A stretch of 64,000 nt of DNA, from the NCBI GenBank assembly GCA_945889495.1, contig CAMDBU010000003.1, forward strand, positions 6,665 to 70,664, given 5' to 3'. The stretch is from Syntrophobacter sp. SbD2. Its GTDB lineage: Bacteria > Desulfobacterota > Binatia > UBA9968. Shown in pieces: positions 1 through 10,948 of the stretch (within the stretch, counting starts at the first letter, position 1; the number at the start of each line of letters is the position of its first letter). The notes under the pieces are model-generated. The model was not told the DNA's origin. It saw only the letters and a list, made by a program, of their open reading frames with translations, and searched no databases. Made by a program: the position numbers and the translations under genes.

Positions 1-323
1 CAAACATTACCGAAGTGGGCGATAACAATTTCGATGCTGAAGTGCTCAAATCCACCGTGCCGGTGCTGGTCGACTTCTGGGCGCCCTGGTGCGGTCCCTG
101 TAAAGCGATCGCGCCGATGGTCGAGGAGATCGCCGGCGAATACGCCGGCAAGCTGAAGGTCGCCAAACTCAACGTTGACGACCATCCCGCCACCGCGGCC
201 AAGTACGGCATCCGCGGCATTCCCAATTTAATTATTTTAAAAGGCGGCGCGGTTAAGGAACAAATTGTCGGCGCGGTGCCAAAAACCAAATTGGTCGCCG
301 CCATCGACAAAGCCCTCCAGTAA
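1..323 (+). CDS. trxA: thioredoxin, 5'-partial (the window starts inside the gene)
   Basis: WAPWCGPCK active-site motif; whole ORF aligns with TrxA (…VLVDFWAPWCGPCK…AKLNVD…YGIRGIPNLII…); the frame stays open to nt 1. Confidence 0.9.
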   Translation, partial: NITEVGDNNFDAEVLKSTVPVLVDFWAPWCGPCKAIAPMVEEIAGEYAGKLKVAKLNVDDHPATAAKYGIRGIPNLIILKGGAVKEQIVGAVPKTKLVAAIDKALQ

Positions 324-327
324 GATT

Positions 328-402
328 GGAGTGATGGAGTACTGGAGTGTTGGGTTCCCGAATCCGACCCGGCACTCCAGTACTCCATCACCCCATCACT
401 CC
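328..402. terminator. bidirectional hairpin between convergent trxA and rodA
   Basis: 19-bp perfect inverted repeat gtgatggagtactggagtg (331-349) / cactccagtactccatcac (373-391); an extra ggagtgatgg / ccatcactcc pairing offers an alternative register. Confidence 0.6.
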
Positions 403-407
403 ATTCT

Positions 408-1511
408 TCAGAAGACATAGCGCCGCATGCTGACGTTGATGATGACGCCGACGGCGAACATCATCGATGCCAGCGCCGAGCCGCCGTAGCTCACCATCGG
501 CAGCGGCACGCCGACCACCGGCATGACGCCGGTGACCATCGAGACATTGATGGTCACATGCCAGAAGATAATCGACAGCATGCCGAACACCAGTAGCGCG
601 CCGAAGCGATCCTTGGCGCGCTGCACCACGCGCAGGCAATAGCCGATCATGATCACGAACAAGAGCAACAGCAGGACGCAGCCGGCAAAACCCCACTCTT
701 CGGAGAACACCGCGAAGATAAAATCGGTGTGCTGCTCGGGCAGGAAGTTCAAACGGTTCTGGGTGCCGTGCAGCCAACCCTTGCCGAATAGTTTTCCCGA
801 GCCGATGGCGATCTGCGATTGAATCACATGATAACCGGCGCCCAATGGATCGCGGTCGGGATCGAGAAAGGTCAAGATGCGATTGCGCTGGTAGGTCTTG
901 AGAAATTGCCAAGCGATCGGCATGAAGGCGATGCCGGCGGCGACTAAATATGAAAACGAGCGCAGCCGCAAACCGCCCATCAACACCATGCTCATGAACA
1001 CGATGCCGAGAATGATCGCCGTGCCCAAATCGGGTTGGATCAGGGTCAAGAAAATCAGCGGCGCCACCATGGCGAAGGGCACCACGAGATCGCGCAGATA
1101 ATATCCCTTGGCTGGCTCGTCGCTCTGAAAATATTTCGCCATGACCAACACGATGGCGAGTTTGGCCGGCTCCGACGGTTGCAGCCGAAAGAACCCTAGA
1201 TTGATCCAGCGCTGCGAACCGCCGCCGGAATGGCCGACGATGATGACGAGGATTAACAAGAACAGCATCAAGCCGTAAAACGGATAGGCCAAGCGATCGA
1301 TATAGTGATAGTCGAAACTGATGGCGACGAACATCGCGATCAGGCCGAGACCCAGCCAGGTAAACTGGCGCATCGGCAACACGCCGGCATGGCCGGTGGC
1401 GAGATTATAGTTGGCGCTGTAGATGGTCGTGATACCGACACCGACCATGGCCAGGACCAGCAAAAAAAGCGTCCAGTCGAAGTGCGAGATCAGCCGCCGG
1501 TCAATCTGCAC
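408..1511 (-). CDS. rodA: rod shape-determining protein RodA (SEDS family peptidoglycan glycosyltransferase)
   Basis: 367 aa polytopic membrane protein of the FtsW/RodA family; last gene of the mreBCD-mrdA operon; overlaps the mrdA stop by 11 nt. Confidence 0.85.
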   Translation of the reverse strand: MQIDRRLISHFDWTLFLLVLAMVGVGITTIYSANYNLATGHAGVLPMRQFTWLGLGLIAMFVAISFDYHYIDRLAYPFYGLMLFLLILVIIVGHSGGGSQRWINLGFFRLQPSEPAKLAIVLVMAKYFQSDEPAKGYYLRDLVVPFAMVAPLIFLTLIQPDLGTAIILGIVFMSMVLMGGLRLRSFSYLVAAGIAFMPIAWQFLKTYQRNRILTFLDPDRDPLGAGYHVIQSQIAIGSGKLFGKGWLHGTQNRLNFLPEQHTDFIFAVFSEEWGFAGCVLLLLLFVIMIGYCLRVVQRAKDRFGALLVFGMLSIIFWHVTINVSMVTGVMPVVGVPLPMVSYGGSALASMMFAVGVIINVSMRRYVF

Positions 1512-3372
1512 GGCTTACTCCTGGCGCTTGGACATGCTGTTTATCGGTGGCCTTTTTTTGCAGCTCGATGAACTTCTCGTAAACTTTCTTGGCCATGGGC
1601 GCCGCCGCGTCGCCGCCATGGCCGCCATGTTCGACCAGCACCGCCACCGCCACCTGAGGCGATTGCACCGGCGCGTAGGAGACGAACCAGGCATGGTCGC
1701 GGGTGAACTGGCTCAACTGTTCACTCTTTAAGTAGGCGCCTTTCATTTCGATCACCTGGGCGGTGCCGGTCTTGCCGGCGATTTCAATCAACGGCGAGCG
1801 CGCCATGCCACCGGTGCCACCCTTGACGACATCGGCGAGCGCGTTGTGCACGCGATTGAGCGTATCCGGCTTCATTTCGATCTGGCGAATCAGCTCGGGG
1901 GCGAATTCGCGCACCGTGGCGCCATCCACCGATTCGACTTTGCTGACCAGCCGCGGGCGGAAAAGCTTGCCGCCGTTGGCCACCGCGGCCATCATGTTGG
2001 CCATCTGTAACGGCGTCACGGTGACATAGCCTTGGCCAATGGCGACCGAGAGAGTTTCGCCGGCGTACCAGGGCTGGCGGTAGCGTTTCATCTTCCATGC
2101 GGTGTCGGGAATCGTGCCGCTGCGCTCGTCGTCCAACTCGATGCCGGTTTTCTCACCGAGACCGAAGGCGCGCGCCCATTTGGCGATCTTGTCGACGCCC
2201 AACTTGTTGCCGAGCTGGTAGTAATACGTGTCACAGGAGATCACCAAGGAATGGTGCAAATTGACCGAGCCATGGCCGCCCTGTTTCCAGTCACGAAACG
2301 CTCGGTTGCCGAAATGGAAGAAACCGGGATCGGATATCGCCGCGTTGGGGTCGACCGCGCCCTCTTCGAGACCGGCGATGAACATGACGACTTTAAATGT
2401 CGAGCCGGGTGGAAATTGTCCCTGGGTGGCGCGATTGCTGAGCGGCCGCATGCGGTCGTTGATCAGCGCATTCCATTCAGGCCCCTTAATGCCTCGGGCA
2501 AATACATTGGGATCGAAGGCCGGCGTGCTGGCCAGTGCCAAGATCGCTCCCGAGTTGACGTCGATGGCGACGATGGTGCCTTGCTTGCCACTGAGCGCTT
2601 CGAACGCTGCCTGCTGCATTTGACGATCTAAGGTCAAGTGTACCGTGTAGCCCGGCACATCGTTGACCTGGTGCAGTACGCGCACGCGCCGGCCGAGCGC
2701 GTCGACTTCCACCTGCTGGCCGCCATGTTGGCCGCGCAAGACTTCTTCCCAGCGCCGTTCGAGCCCCGACTGGCCGATCTCATCGCCGACTAGATAACCC
2801 TGTTCTTTGTAATTTTTTAACTGTCGCTGATTGATCTCGCCCATGTAGCCCATAATATGCGCCGCCCCTGGACCGTCGGCATAATTGCGCCGCGGCCGGA
2901 TACGCAAGCTGACGCCGGGCAAATCGAGCTGATGGGTTTCCACCGCCACCACCGCGGCCCACTCGATGTCCTTGCCCAAGACGATTTCATCGAAGGCGGA
3001 GCGGCTCTTGTTATCTTCGTAGGTTTGCAACAGCTCGTCGACATCCCAGGTTAGCCGGCCGGCCAAAGCGCGCAATGTCTGCTCGGGGTCTTTAGTGTCT
3101 TCCGGGACGAAAATCAGATCGAAGGATGGCCGGCTATCGACCAACAACTCGCCGTTACGGTCGTAAATCATGCCCCGAGTGCCGGGCACGCGCTTGAGCC
3201 GCACCCGGTTGTTCTCCGACAAAAAGGTGTAGCGTTCGCCGTGAACCAGCTGCAGATAGACCAAACGCGCGGTCAAACCGATGAACACGATGGCGAGTAG
3301 ACCGTAAATAAAGGCGGCGCGCCGGCGAATCTCCGGAGCGCCATCCTGTTTATTGATTTCCAGTGTCGCCAT
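1501..3372 (-). CDS. mrdA: penicillin-binding protein 2 (peptidoglycan D,D-transpeptidase)
   Basis: STFK, SxN and KTGT transpeptidase motifs and an N-terminal membrane anchor; probable start is MATLEIN at 3372 (the ORF-track N-terminal extension is likely spurious). Confidence 0.9.
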   Translation of the reverse strand: MATLEINKQDGAPEIRRRAAFIYGLLAIVFIGLTARLVYLQLVHGERYTFLSENNRVRLKRVPGTRGMIYDRNGELLVDSRPSFDLIFVPEDTKDPEQTLRALAGRLTWDVDELLQTYEDNKSRSAFDEIVLGKDIEWAAVVAVETHQLDLPGVSLRIRPRRNYADGPGAAHIMGYMGEINQRQLKNYKEQGYLVGDEIGQSGLERRWEEVLRGQHGGQQVEVDALGRRVRVLHQVNDVPGYTVHLTLDRQMQQAAFEALSGKQGTIVAIDVNSGAILALASTPAFDPNVFARGIKGPEWNALINDRMRPLSNRATQGQFPPGSTFKVVMFIAGLEEGAVDPNAAISDPGFFHFGNRAFRDWKQGGHGSVNLHHSLVISCDTYYYQLGNKLGVDKIAKWARAFGLGEKTGIELDDERSGTIPDTAWKMKRYRQPWYAGETLSVAIGQGYVTVTPLQMANMMAAVANGGKLFRPRLVSKVESVDGATVREFAPELIRQIEMKPDTLNRVHNALADVVKGGTGGMARSPLIEIAGKTGTAQVIEMKGAYLKSEQLSQFTRDHAWFVSYAPVQSPQVAVAVLVEHGGHGGDAAAPMAKKVYEKFIELQKKATDKQHVQAPGVSRAD

Positions 3373-3376
3373 GAAT

Positions 3377-3883
3377 TTATGCGGTTGCCGGATCGAGTCT
3401 TTCGATGATTTTTTGCCCGCGCCGCAACAAAGCGAACAACACCGGCGCGAGCAGCGCCGCCAGGGTCGCCTCCCACAGCACGTAGCGCGCCGCGCCACTC
3501 CAGAAGCCGTCGACGCTAAGAAAGATCGCCCAGATCACCACCATCGCCGCGCCTTTGACCAAGGCCGCTAACATAACCACCACCGAACTGACCATCGGAT
3601 GATGCAGCCAGATCGAACGGGCGCAGAGATAGACGGCTAGATAGACCAACGACATGGCAAAGGCATTAAAGCCTAAAATCGGGCTCGACACGATATCGAT
3701 GGAATAGCCCAAGAAAAACGAGCCCAACACTCCGCCCACCGACGGATGGTACAGCCCCAGGTAAACACAGAGGACCAGAATCAAGTCGGGCACCACCGGC
3801 CCGATCGGCAATAGATGAAACAGCGTGGTCTGCAAGACCACGAGAAAAATCCCGGCGAGAAAAAACATCAGGAACAGTTTCAT
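3377..3883 (-). CDS. mreD: rod shape-determining protein MreD
   Basis: 168 aa hydrophobic protein lying between mreC and mrdA. Confidence 0.75.
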   Translation of the reverse strand: MKLFLMFFLAGIFLVVLQTTLFHLLPIGPVVPDLILVLCVYLGLYHPSVGGVLGSFFLGYSIDIVSSPILGFNAFAMSLVYLAVYLCARSIWLHHPMVSSVVVMLAALVKGAAMVVIWAIFLSVDGFWSGAARYVLWEATLAALLAPVLFALLRRGQKIIERLDPATA

Positions 3884-3908
3884 GGTAGATTAAGCGCGCT
3901 GCTTCGCG

Positions 3909-4742
3909 CTACTTTTTCGTCGCTTCGGTTTCAACGCCGACCACCAGCACTTCTTCGACCCGCGCGACTTGCGCCGCCGGCCAGACTTCGATGCTTTGAA
4001 ACAGGCCACGGTTTTGTTTGCGCACTTTGATCACCGTGCCGACCAATAGGCCCTTGGGATAAACACTGTCCATGCCGGAGGTCACCAACCGGTCGCCCTC
4101 CTGAACATCCTCGCTGCGCTTGACGTATTTTAGCATGGTGCCGCTGTCGAGCGAACCGGAAACGATGGCGCGGCTGCGCGTGCGTTGAACGTAGACATCG
4201 ATGCCGCTGTTGGGATCGGTGAGCAATAGCACTTTGGCGGTTCGGCCAGTGACGGCGACGACCTTGCCAATGACGCCCAACGGCGTCACCACCGCCATAC
4301 CTTTGCGCACGCCGTCGGTGCTGCCTTTATTGAGCACGCAGCTTTGAAACCAACTCGTGGCGCTGCCGGCGATGATCGTCGCGGTGATCGCGCCGCTCGG
4401 TAGCTCGTTGCGAAAGTCGAGCAGTTTTTGCAGCTGGCGGTTGGTCGCTTCGGCTTCGAGCAAGCGCTGGCGCTCGATCTCGAGGGTTTGGACGCGCTTT
4501 CTCAGCCGCTCGTTTTCACTGCGAAAGCCGGCCAGCGTGTCGTAGTTGTCGCGAAAACCTTTGATCCAGTCGGCGGTGCTTTGCCCGGCGATCTGCAACG
4601 GCCGCAAGAGCCACATCAACAGGGCACCGACCGGTTCGTTCTTGATCTGGCCGCGCGCCGCCGCGGTTAAGATATAAAGCGAAACAAGGAGACAGACACA
4701 GGAGCTAAAAAAAATTTGATTCCTGCGTAGGAAAGCAAGCAT
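3909..4742 (-). CDS. mreC: rod shape-determining protein MreC
   Basis: 277 aa with N-terminal TM, coiled-coil region (…RLRKRVQTLEIERQRLLEAE…) and beta-rich C-terminus; position immediately after mreB. Confidence 0.8.
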   Translation of the reverse strand: MLAFLRRNQIFFSSCVCLLVSLYILTAAARGQIKNEPVGALLMWLLRPLQIAGQSTADWIKGFRDNYDTLAGFRSENERLRKRVQTLEIERQRLLEAEATNRQLQKLLDFRNELPSGAITATIIAGSATSWFQSCVLNKGSTDGVRKGMAVVTPLGVIGKVVAVTGRTAKVLLLTDPNSGIDVYVQRTRSRAIVSGSLDSGTMLKYVKRSEDVQEGDRLVTSGMDSVYPKGLLVGTVIKVRKQNRGLFQSIEVWPAAQVARVEEVLVVGVETEATKK

Positions 4743-4790
4743 GGCAGGTCGATCGTCCCCGAACTACGAAATCCATCAGGGCCCCAGACG

Positions 4791-5927
<1,137 letters not shown>

Positions 5928-6020
5928 TTAATCGATCCACCGCGGGTTGCATAACCAGACACCATTTTTTATCATGCGTGGACTAGTTTTACGTCGTTTT
6001 CACGAAAGGTTCGACCATCG

Positions 6021-7931
6021 ATGCTAGATTTTTTACGCAAAAGAAAAAGAAACTGGGCGATCCTCTTTCTACTGGTGCTGATCATCATTGTATTCGTCGC
6101 GTTTTACGGTGGCAACAAGATGGGCGACCCGGTCACTTCGGAAGTAGCGATGATCAACGGCGAGCCAATCAGCCAACGCGAGTTTGCCGTCGAGTATCAA
6201 CGGGCCGTCGAACGTTATCGTGAGATGCTCAAAGGCCAGCTCACCGAGGACATGATCAAAGGGCTCAATATCAAAGGCAACATCGTCGAAGGGCTGGTGC
6301 AAAAAAAGCTCGTTCTCCAGGAAGCGCGCAGTCTCGGGCTACTTGCCACCGACGATGAAGTCGCCGAGCAATTGGCCAAGGTGCCGGAGTTCCAAGTCGC
6401 CGGGCGCTTCAATAAGGAGCGCTATTTGCAGCTGCTGCAAGCCAATCGCTTACAACCGGCGCAGTTCGAAGAAGACCAACGCCACCAGATCACCTTGCAG
6501 CGGCTCTACAATATCATTCTCGATTCGGTTCAGGTGAGCGACGCCGAGGTGCGCGAACGCTATCGGCTCGACCAAGAGAAGATCAACCTGCAGTATGTGA
6601 AACTTTCGGTCAGCGAGTTCGCCACTCAGGTCAAACTCACCGACGACGATATAAAAAAATTCTACGACCGCAATAAGGAATCGCTCAAGGAGCCGCTTAA
6701 AATCCAGCTAGAATATTTGACCTTCCCCTTCGAGCAGTTCTCCGCCAACGCCAAGGTGAGCGCCAAGGAGATCGAAGAGTATTATCAGAACAATCAGAAG
6801 ACCAAATTTCATCGCCCGCGCGAGGCCAAGCTACGCTACATCGCGCTGGCCAGCGCGGCCAACGCCAGCGCGGAGGAGAAAAAGGCGGTGATGGCCAAGG
6901 CCGAAGCGGTCGTCAAGGAAGCGCGCCGCGGCAAAGACTTTGGCCAACTAGCCAAAAAACAATCGGCCGATCCAACCGCTGCTAAAGGTGGCGAGATCGG
7001 CTGGGTGGTCAAAGGCCAGTTGCCGCCGGAAGTCGACAAACTGATTTTCGGTATCGGCAAGGGCGATGTCAGCGATCCGGTGGAGACTCCCGGCGGCGTG
7101 CAGATTTTCAAAATCGACGACGTCCGCGATGAAAAGAATCTCACCCTGAAGGAAGCCAGCGCGGAGATCACCCAGATATTAAAGACCGAACAGGCCAAAA
7201 AAGAGGCCGGTAAGGTCGCCGACAACGAGCGCGTCAAAGCGCTCGCCGGTACCGATTTCGCCAAACTGGCGCAGGAGAGCGGCGTGACGGTTAAGGAGAC
7301 CAAACTATTCGCCGCCGGAGAAATCCAGCCGGAGTTCGGCCAGAACCAAGAAATTTATAAAATCGCTTTCGCTCTTGGAGCGAAAGACGTGAGCCAGATC
7401 GTTACCATCAACGATGGCTATATTTTCCTGCGCCTCAAACAGCGCAAGGAACCGGCCATCCCGCCATTGGAAAGCGTCAAGGAGCAAGTCGAGAAAGGCG
7501 CCAAGGAAGCCAAAGCTTATGAATTGGCCTTGCAAAAGGGCAACAGCTTGCTCGATCAGCTGAAGAAGGAAAAAGATCTGCCAGCGCTGGCCAGCGCCAA
7601 CGGCCTGAAAGCCGAGGAAACCGGCTGGTTCCAGCGCAACGCGCCGCAGCTGCCCAAGATTGGCGATTTGGCCGAGCTACGCGGCGGCGGTCTATCGCTG
7701 TCGGCGCATAAGCCAGTGGCGGAGAAGCTTTACACGCAAAAGGACGCCGCTTACATTCTGGCGTTTAAGGAAAGCCAGCCCGCCGACATGGAGCAATACG
7801 CGCGGGAAAAAGCGAACTTGAAGCAGCAAGCGATCGTGGAAAACCGCCAGCGCGCGTTGGCGAAATATCTCGAAAGCCTCAAAGCCAAGGCGACGATCAA
7901 GTTCAACAACGATTTCCTGGAAGCGAGCTAA
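6021..7931 (+). CDS. ppiD: periplasmic chaperone PpiD/SurA-like, PpiC-type peptidyl-prolyl isomerase
   Basis: N-terminal TM anchor, SurA-N-like region and a parvulin domain (GGEIGWVVKGQLPPEVDKLIF…); 636 aa. Confidence 0.75.
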   Translation: MLDFLRKRKRNWAILFLLVLIIIVFVAFYGGNKMGDPVTSEVAMINGEPISQREFAVEYQRAVERYREMLKGQLTEDMIKGLNIKGNIVEGLVQKKLVLQEARSLGLLATDDEVAEQLAKVPEFQVAGRFNKERYLQLLQANRLQPAQFEEDQRHQITLQRLYNIILDSVQVSDAEVRERYRLDQEKINLQYVKLSVSEFATQVKLTDDDIKKFYDRNKESLKEPLKIQLEYLTFPFEQFSANAKVSAKEIEEYYQNNQKTKFHRPREAKLRYIALASAANASAEEKKAVMAKAEAVVKEARRGKDFGQLAKKQSADPTAAKGGEIGWVVKGQLPPEVDKLIFGIGKGDVSDPVETPGGVQIFKIDDVRDEKNLTLKEASAEITQILKTEQAKKEAGKVADNERVKALAGTDFAKLAQESGVTVKETKLFAAGEIQPEFGQNQEIYKIAFALGAKDVSQIVTINDGYIFLRLKQRKEPAIPPLESVKEQVEKGAKEAKAYELALQKGNSLLDQLKKEKDLPALASANGLKAEETGWFQRNAPQLPKIGDLAELRGGGLSLSAHKPVAEKLYTQKDAAYILAFKESQPADMEQYAREKANLKQQAIVENRQRALAKYLESLKAKATIKFNNDFLEAS

Positions 7932-7944
7932 GCGGAACTTCAAC

Positions 7945-8577
7945 GTGCAAATCGTCCTCGTGCGCCATGGCGCCACCGATTGGAATCTTGAACATCGCTG
8001 CCAAGGCGCCACCGATCGCGATTTGAGCGAAGTCGGACTGCGCCAGGCCGAAGAGATCGCCGAGCGGCTGCGCCAGGAGACCATTCACGCCGTCTACTCC
8101 AGCGATCTGCGTCGGGCGCGGCGCACCGCCGAGGTCATCAGCCAACACCACAAGCTACCGGTGGTCGTCGAGGCAAGCATCCGCGAACTCGATCATGGCC
8201 ATTTGGAAGGATTAACCTTCAACGAGATCAAGCAGAGCTACGGCGACTTTCTCACTCGCTGGCGTACCCAACCGGCGGAGCTGCAAGTGCCCGGCGGCGA
8301 GCGCTTGGCGGACGTCGTCGAGCGCGCTTGGCTGGGGCTGAACCGAATCGTCGCGCGCCATGAACCGGCGCACACCATTGTCATCGTCAGCCACAACTTC
8401 CCCATTGTCGGCATCGTCTGCCGCATCACCGGCACCCCTTTGAACGACTACCGCAATTATCACTTGGACCCCTGCGGCATGAGCCGGCTCAAGCATAACG
8501 ACGACGGCAGTTGGCAGGTCACCCATATCAACGGCGACGAGTTTGACCAGCATCGCGGCCGGGCGATTCCCGCCTGA
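7945..8577 (+). CDS. histidine phosphatase family protein (phosphoglycerate mutase-like)
   Basis: LVRHGATDWN catalytic RHG motif; GTG start; 210 aa. Confidence 0.8.
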   Translation: MQIVLVRHGATDWNLEHRCQGATDRDLSEVGLRQAEEIAERLRQETIHAVYSSDLRRARRTAEVISQHHKLPVVVEASIRELDHGHLEGLTFNEIKQSYGDFLTRWRTQPAELQVPGGERLADVVERAWLGLNRIVARHEPAHTIVIVSHNFPIVGIVCRITGTPLNDYRNYHLDPCGMSRLKHNDDGSWQVTHINGDEFDQHRGRAIPA

Positions 8578-8585
8578 TGCTCGAA

Positions 8586-10124
8586 TCACTCGCGTTCGAC
8601 AAAATAGCCGATCAGAAAAAATATCCCAGCCACCGCCAGGTAGGCGATGAAAAACTCCGGCGCCGCCATCCAGCCAAAGCGGCTAGTGATCCCGCCAGCC
8701 GTCAGTTCATAGGCATGAATGATGCCGAGAGCGGAGAACAGCGCCGCCGCCACCGACCACATGCCGGCCCGGGCAAACTTTCGTTCGATCAAGGCAACAC
8801 CGATAGCGGCTAGTATCATTGACGTGAAAATAAAGCCGCGCTCGAGTGAAATCATACCGTGGATCGCCACGCTTTCCTGGCTGAATTTTCCCAACCCGAC
8901 TTCGTAGAGCGATTTCCCCGCCACGCGCACGCCGGTCTCGACCATCATCAAGCCCCAGCCGGCCAATGCCGGAACCAATCCCAACGCCACCGCCGGCGCG
9001 TGCTCTTTGGGCGTTTCTTGAAACGATTGGGCAACGATTATGATGCCGATGTAGAGAAGAATGCCGATGCCAGCTTCTAACGGGATGACCCCGAGCACCG
9101 ATTGAATCGTCCCGGTCAGACAGAGAAAGCCGATAAATATTCCATTGAGCGACGAGTAACCGGAGCGCGCGCCCAACCGTTTCCAGCCCGGATGGCCGAT
9201 ATAAATCGTCGTTGGAAACACGCTGCCGAACAGCGCCGCGACCACCGAACCGATGCCGTTGGCCATCAAGGAGGGAAATGTTTTGTAGCGGTCGCCGGCC
9301 GCTTCGGCGCTTTCGATATTTTGCAGCGAACCGACGACGTTGAAAATCCCCATGGGAAGAATTACCGAGAAATAATTCAAGAACGCCGGATGAACCAGCG
9401 CTTCCCAGAGCGAGTCGCCGCTAAACGCCGGCAACGACAGCGACCAGTTGAGCGTCAGCGCTTGCGCGTTCATCGTGCCCAGCGACCAACCGAGCAGCGT
9501 GCCGACGGCGATGGCGACCATGCCGCCGGGTAGGCCGAGAGGCATCTTCTGATGGGAGAAGTAGGCGACAAAAATCAACGCCATGGGCACCAGCGCCACC
9601 AGCGGCTGGGCGAATATTTTGAACGTGAAATCCATGGCGATGAAAGTAATCGCGATGCCGGACAGCGCCGACAGCAAAGCCGCCCGCGGCGTCACCCGGC
9701 GCACCGCCTCGGCGACGAAGGCGCCGAGAATTTCAATCACGCCGTTGAGAAAGCAGGCGACCAGACCGACCTTCCAGGCCCACACCGGATCTTTGGTCTC
9801 TTGAACGATCGGCAGCATGATGAAAAACACAAAGGCGAACAGACTCACGGTATTGATGCCGTAGGGCAACGCCGTGACATCGTCACGGCCGCTCTGCCGC
9901 GCCAGCTGGCGCGCCTGCCAAGCGTAGAAAAAGTTGCCGACCAAAATCGAAATCGCCGCACCGGGGAGAATCTTGCCGAAAATATAACTGTCTGGCAGAC
10001 CGATTAAGCCGCGGCATAAACCGACGATGAGGATCAGCTGGATCAGATTGTCGATCATCAGGCCGAAAAAGCCGTCGAGATCCTTGCGCACGAACCAGGG
10101 TGGAGGCGTAGCAGTTTGAGCCAT
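8586..10124 (-). CDS. polytopic membrane permease, probably NCS2/AzgA-like nucleobase permease superfamily
   Basis: 512 aa with about 12-14 TM segments; loose resemblance to PbuG/AzgA core segments (…ALPYGINTVSLFAFVF… vs …APGMGLNAFFAF…); family call is tentative. Confidence 0.45.
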   Translation of the reverse strand: MAQTATPPPWFVRKDLDGFFGLMIDNLIQLILIVGLCRGLIGLPDSYIFGKILPGAAISILVGNFFYAWQARQLARQSGRDDVTALPYGINTVSLFAFVFFIMLPIVQETKDPVWAWKVGLVACFLNGVIEILGAFVAEAVRRVTPRAALLSALSGIAITFIAMDFTFKIFAQPLVALVPMALIFVAYFSHQKMPLGLPGGMVAIAVGTLLGWSLGTMNAQALTLNWSLSLPAFSGDSLWEALVHPAFLNYFSVILPMGIFNVVGSLQNIESAEAAGDRYKTFPSLMANGIGSVVAALFGSVFPTTIYIGHPGWKRLGARSGYSSLNGIFIGFLCLTGTIQSVLGVIPLEAGIGILLYIGIIIVAQSFQETPKEHAPAVALGLVPALAGWGLMMVETGVRVAGKSLYEVGLGKFSQESVAIHGMISLERGFIFTSMILAAIGVALIERKFARAGMWSVAAALFSALGIIHAYELTAGGITSRFGWMAAPEFFIAYLAVAGIFFLIGYFVERE

Positions 10125-10245
10125 GGGTGAAGAAATCTCCCGGGAAATTTCGCCGACTGTAGCCGTCGACGGTCAACGCTGTCAAACCGCGCTCGAACAA
10201 CTCACCTTGAAACCTCGGATGATGGACGATAATAGTGGGAAAGCG

Positions 10246-10947
10246 ATGTCGACCCTGCTGTACAAAAGTTTTGGAAGCGTAGATTACCTCGCTGCCGTCC
10301 AATTACAGGAACGGCTCGTCGCGCTCAAGCAGCAGGAATCACTGGCCGACATCTTACTGTTCGTCGAACACCCCCATGTCTACACGCTAGGCCGCGGCGG
10401 TAATGAATTGAATGTCCTCTCGGCACAAGACGTCCCCGTCCACCGTACCAGCCGCGGCGGCGATGTGACTTACCATGGACCGGGCCAATTGGTGGTCTAT
10501 CCGATCGTCGATCTGCGCTCGAAACTGCGCAAAGACGTGCATCGCTATGTGCGGAATTTGGAACAGAGCGCGATCCAGACGCTGGCCGACTTTGGCATCG
10601 CCACCAAACGCCGTCCGCCGCACACGGGAATCTGGATCGATGACCGAAAGATCGCCGCCATCGGCGTTGCCGTGCGGCGCTGCATCAGCTATCACGGTCT
10701 AGCGCTCAACGTGAACACCGATCTCAGTTATTTTCAGCGCATCATTCCCTGCGGCCTTGGCTGGGCTCAAGTAACTTCGATGGAAAAGGAACTCGGTGCG
10801 GTGCCGAGCATGAGCGCAGTGAGGCAGCGATTTCTAGAAAATTTCGCCGCTATCTTCGGCTACACAGATACTAGAATCGACGATGGAGGATCGAAGATAG
10901 AGGATCTTCATTCTCCATTTTCAATTCTCCATTCTCAATTGTCCTAA
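10246..10947 (+). CDS. lipB: lipoyl(octanoyl) transferase
   Basis: …HPHVYTLGRGG…HRTSRGGDVTYHGPGQLVVYPI… LipB catalytic region; start chosen at MSTLLYK (the ORF track extends to 10123); the 3' end is encoded by a short tandem repeat. Confidence 0.85.
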   Translation: MSTLLYKSFGSVDYLAAVQLQERLVALKQQESLADILLFVEHPHVYTLGRGGNELNVLSAQDVPVHRTSRGGDVTYHGPGQLVVYPIVDLRSKLRKDVHRYVRNLEQSAIQTLADFGIATKRRPPHTGIWIDDRKIAAIGVAVRRCISYHGLALNVNTDLSYFQRIIPCGLGWAQVTSMEKELGAVPSMSAVRQRFLENFAAIFGYTDTRIDDGGSKIEDLHSPFSILHSQLS

Positions 10948-10948
10948 C

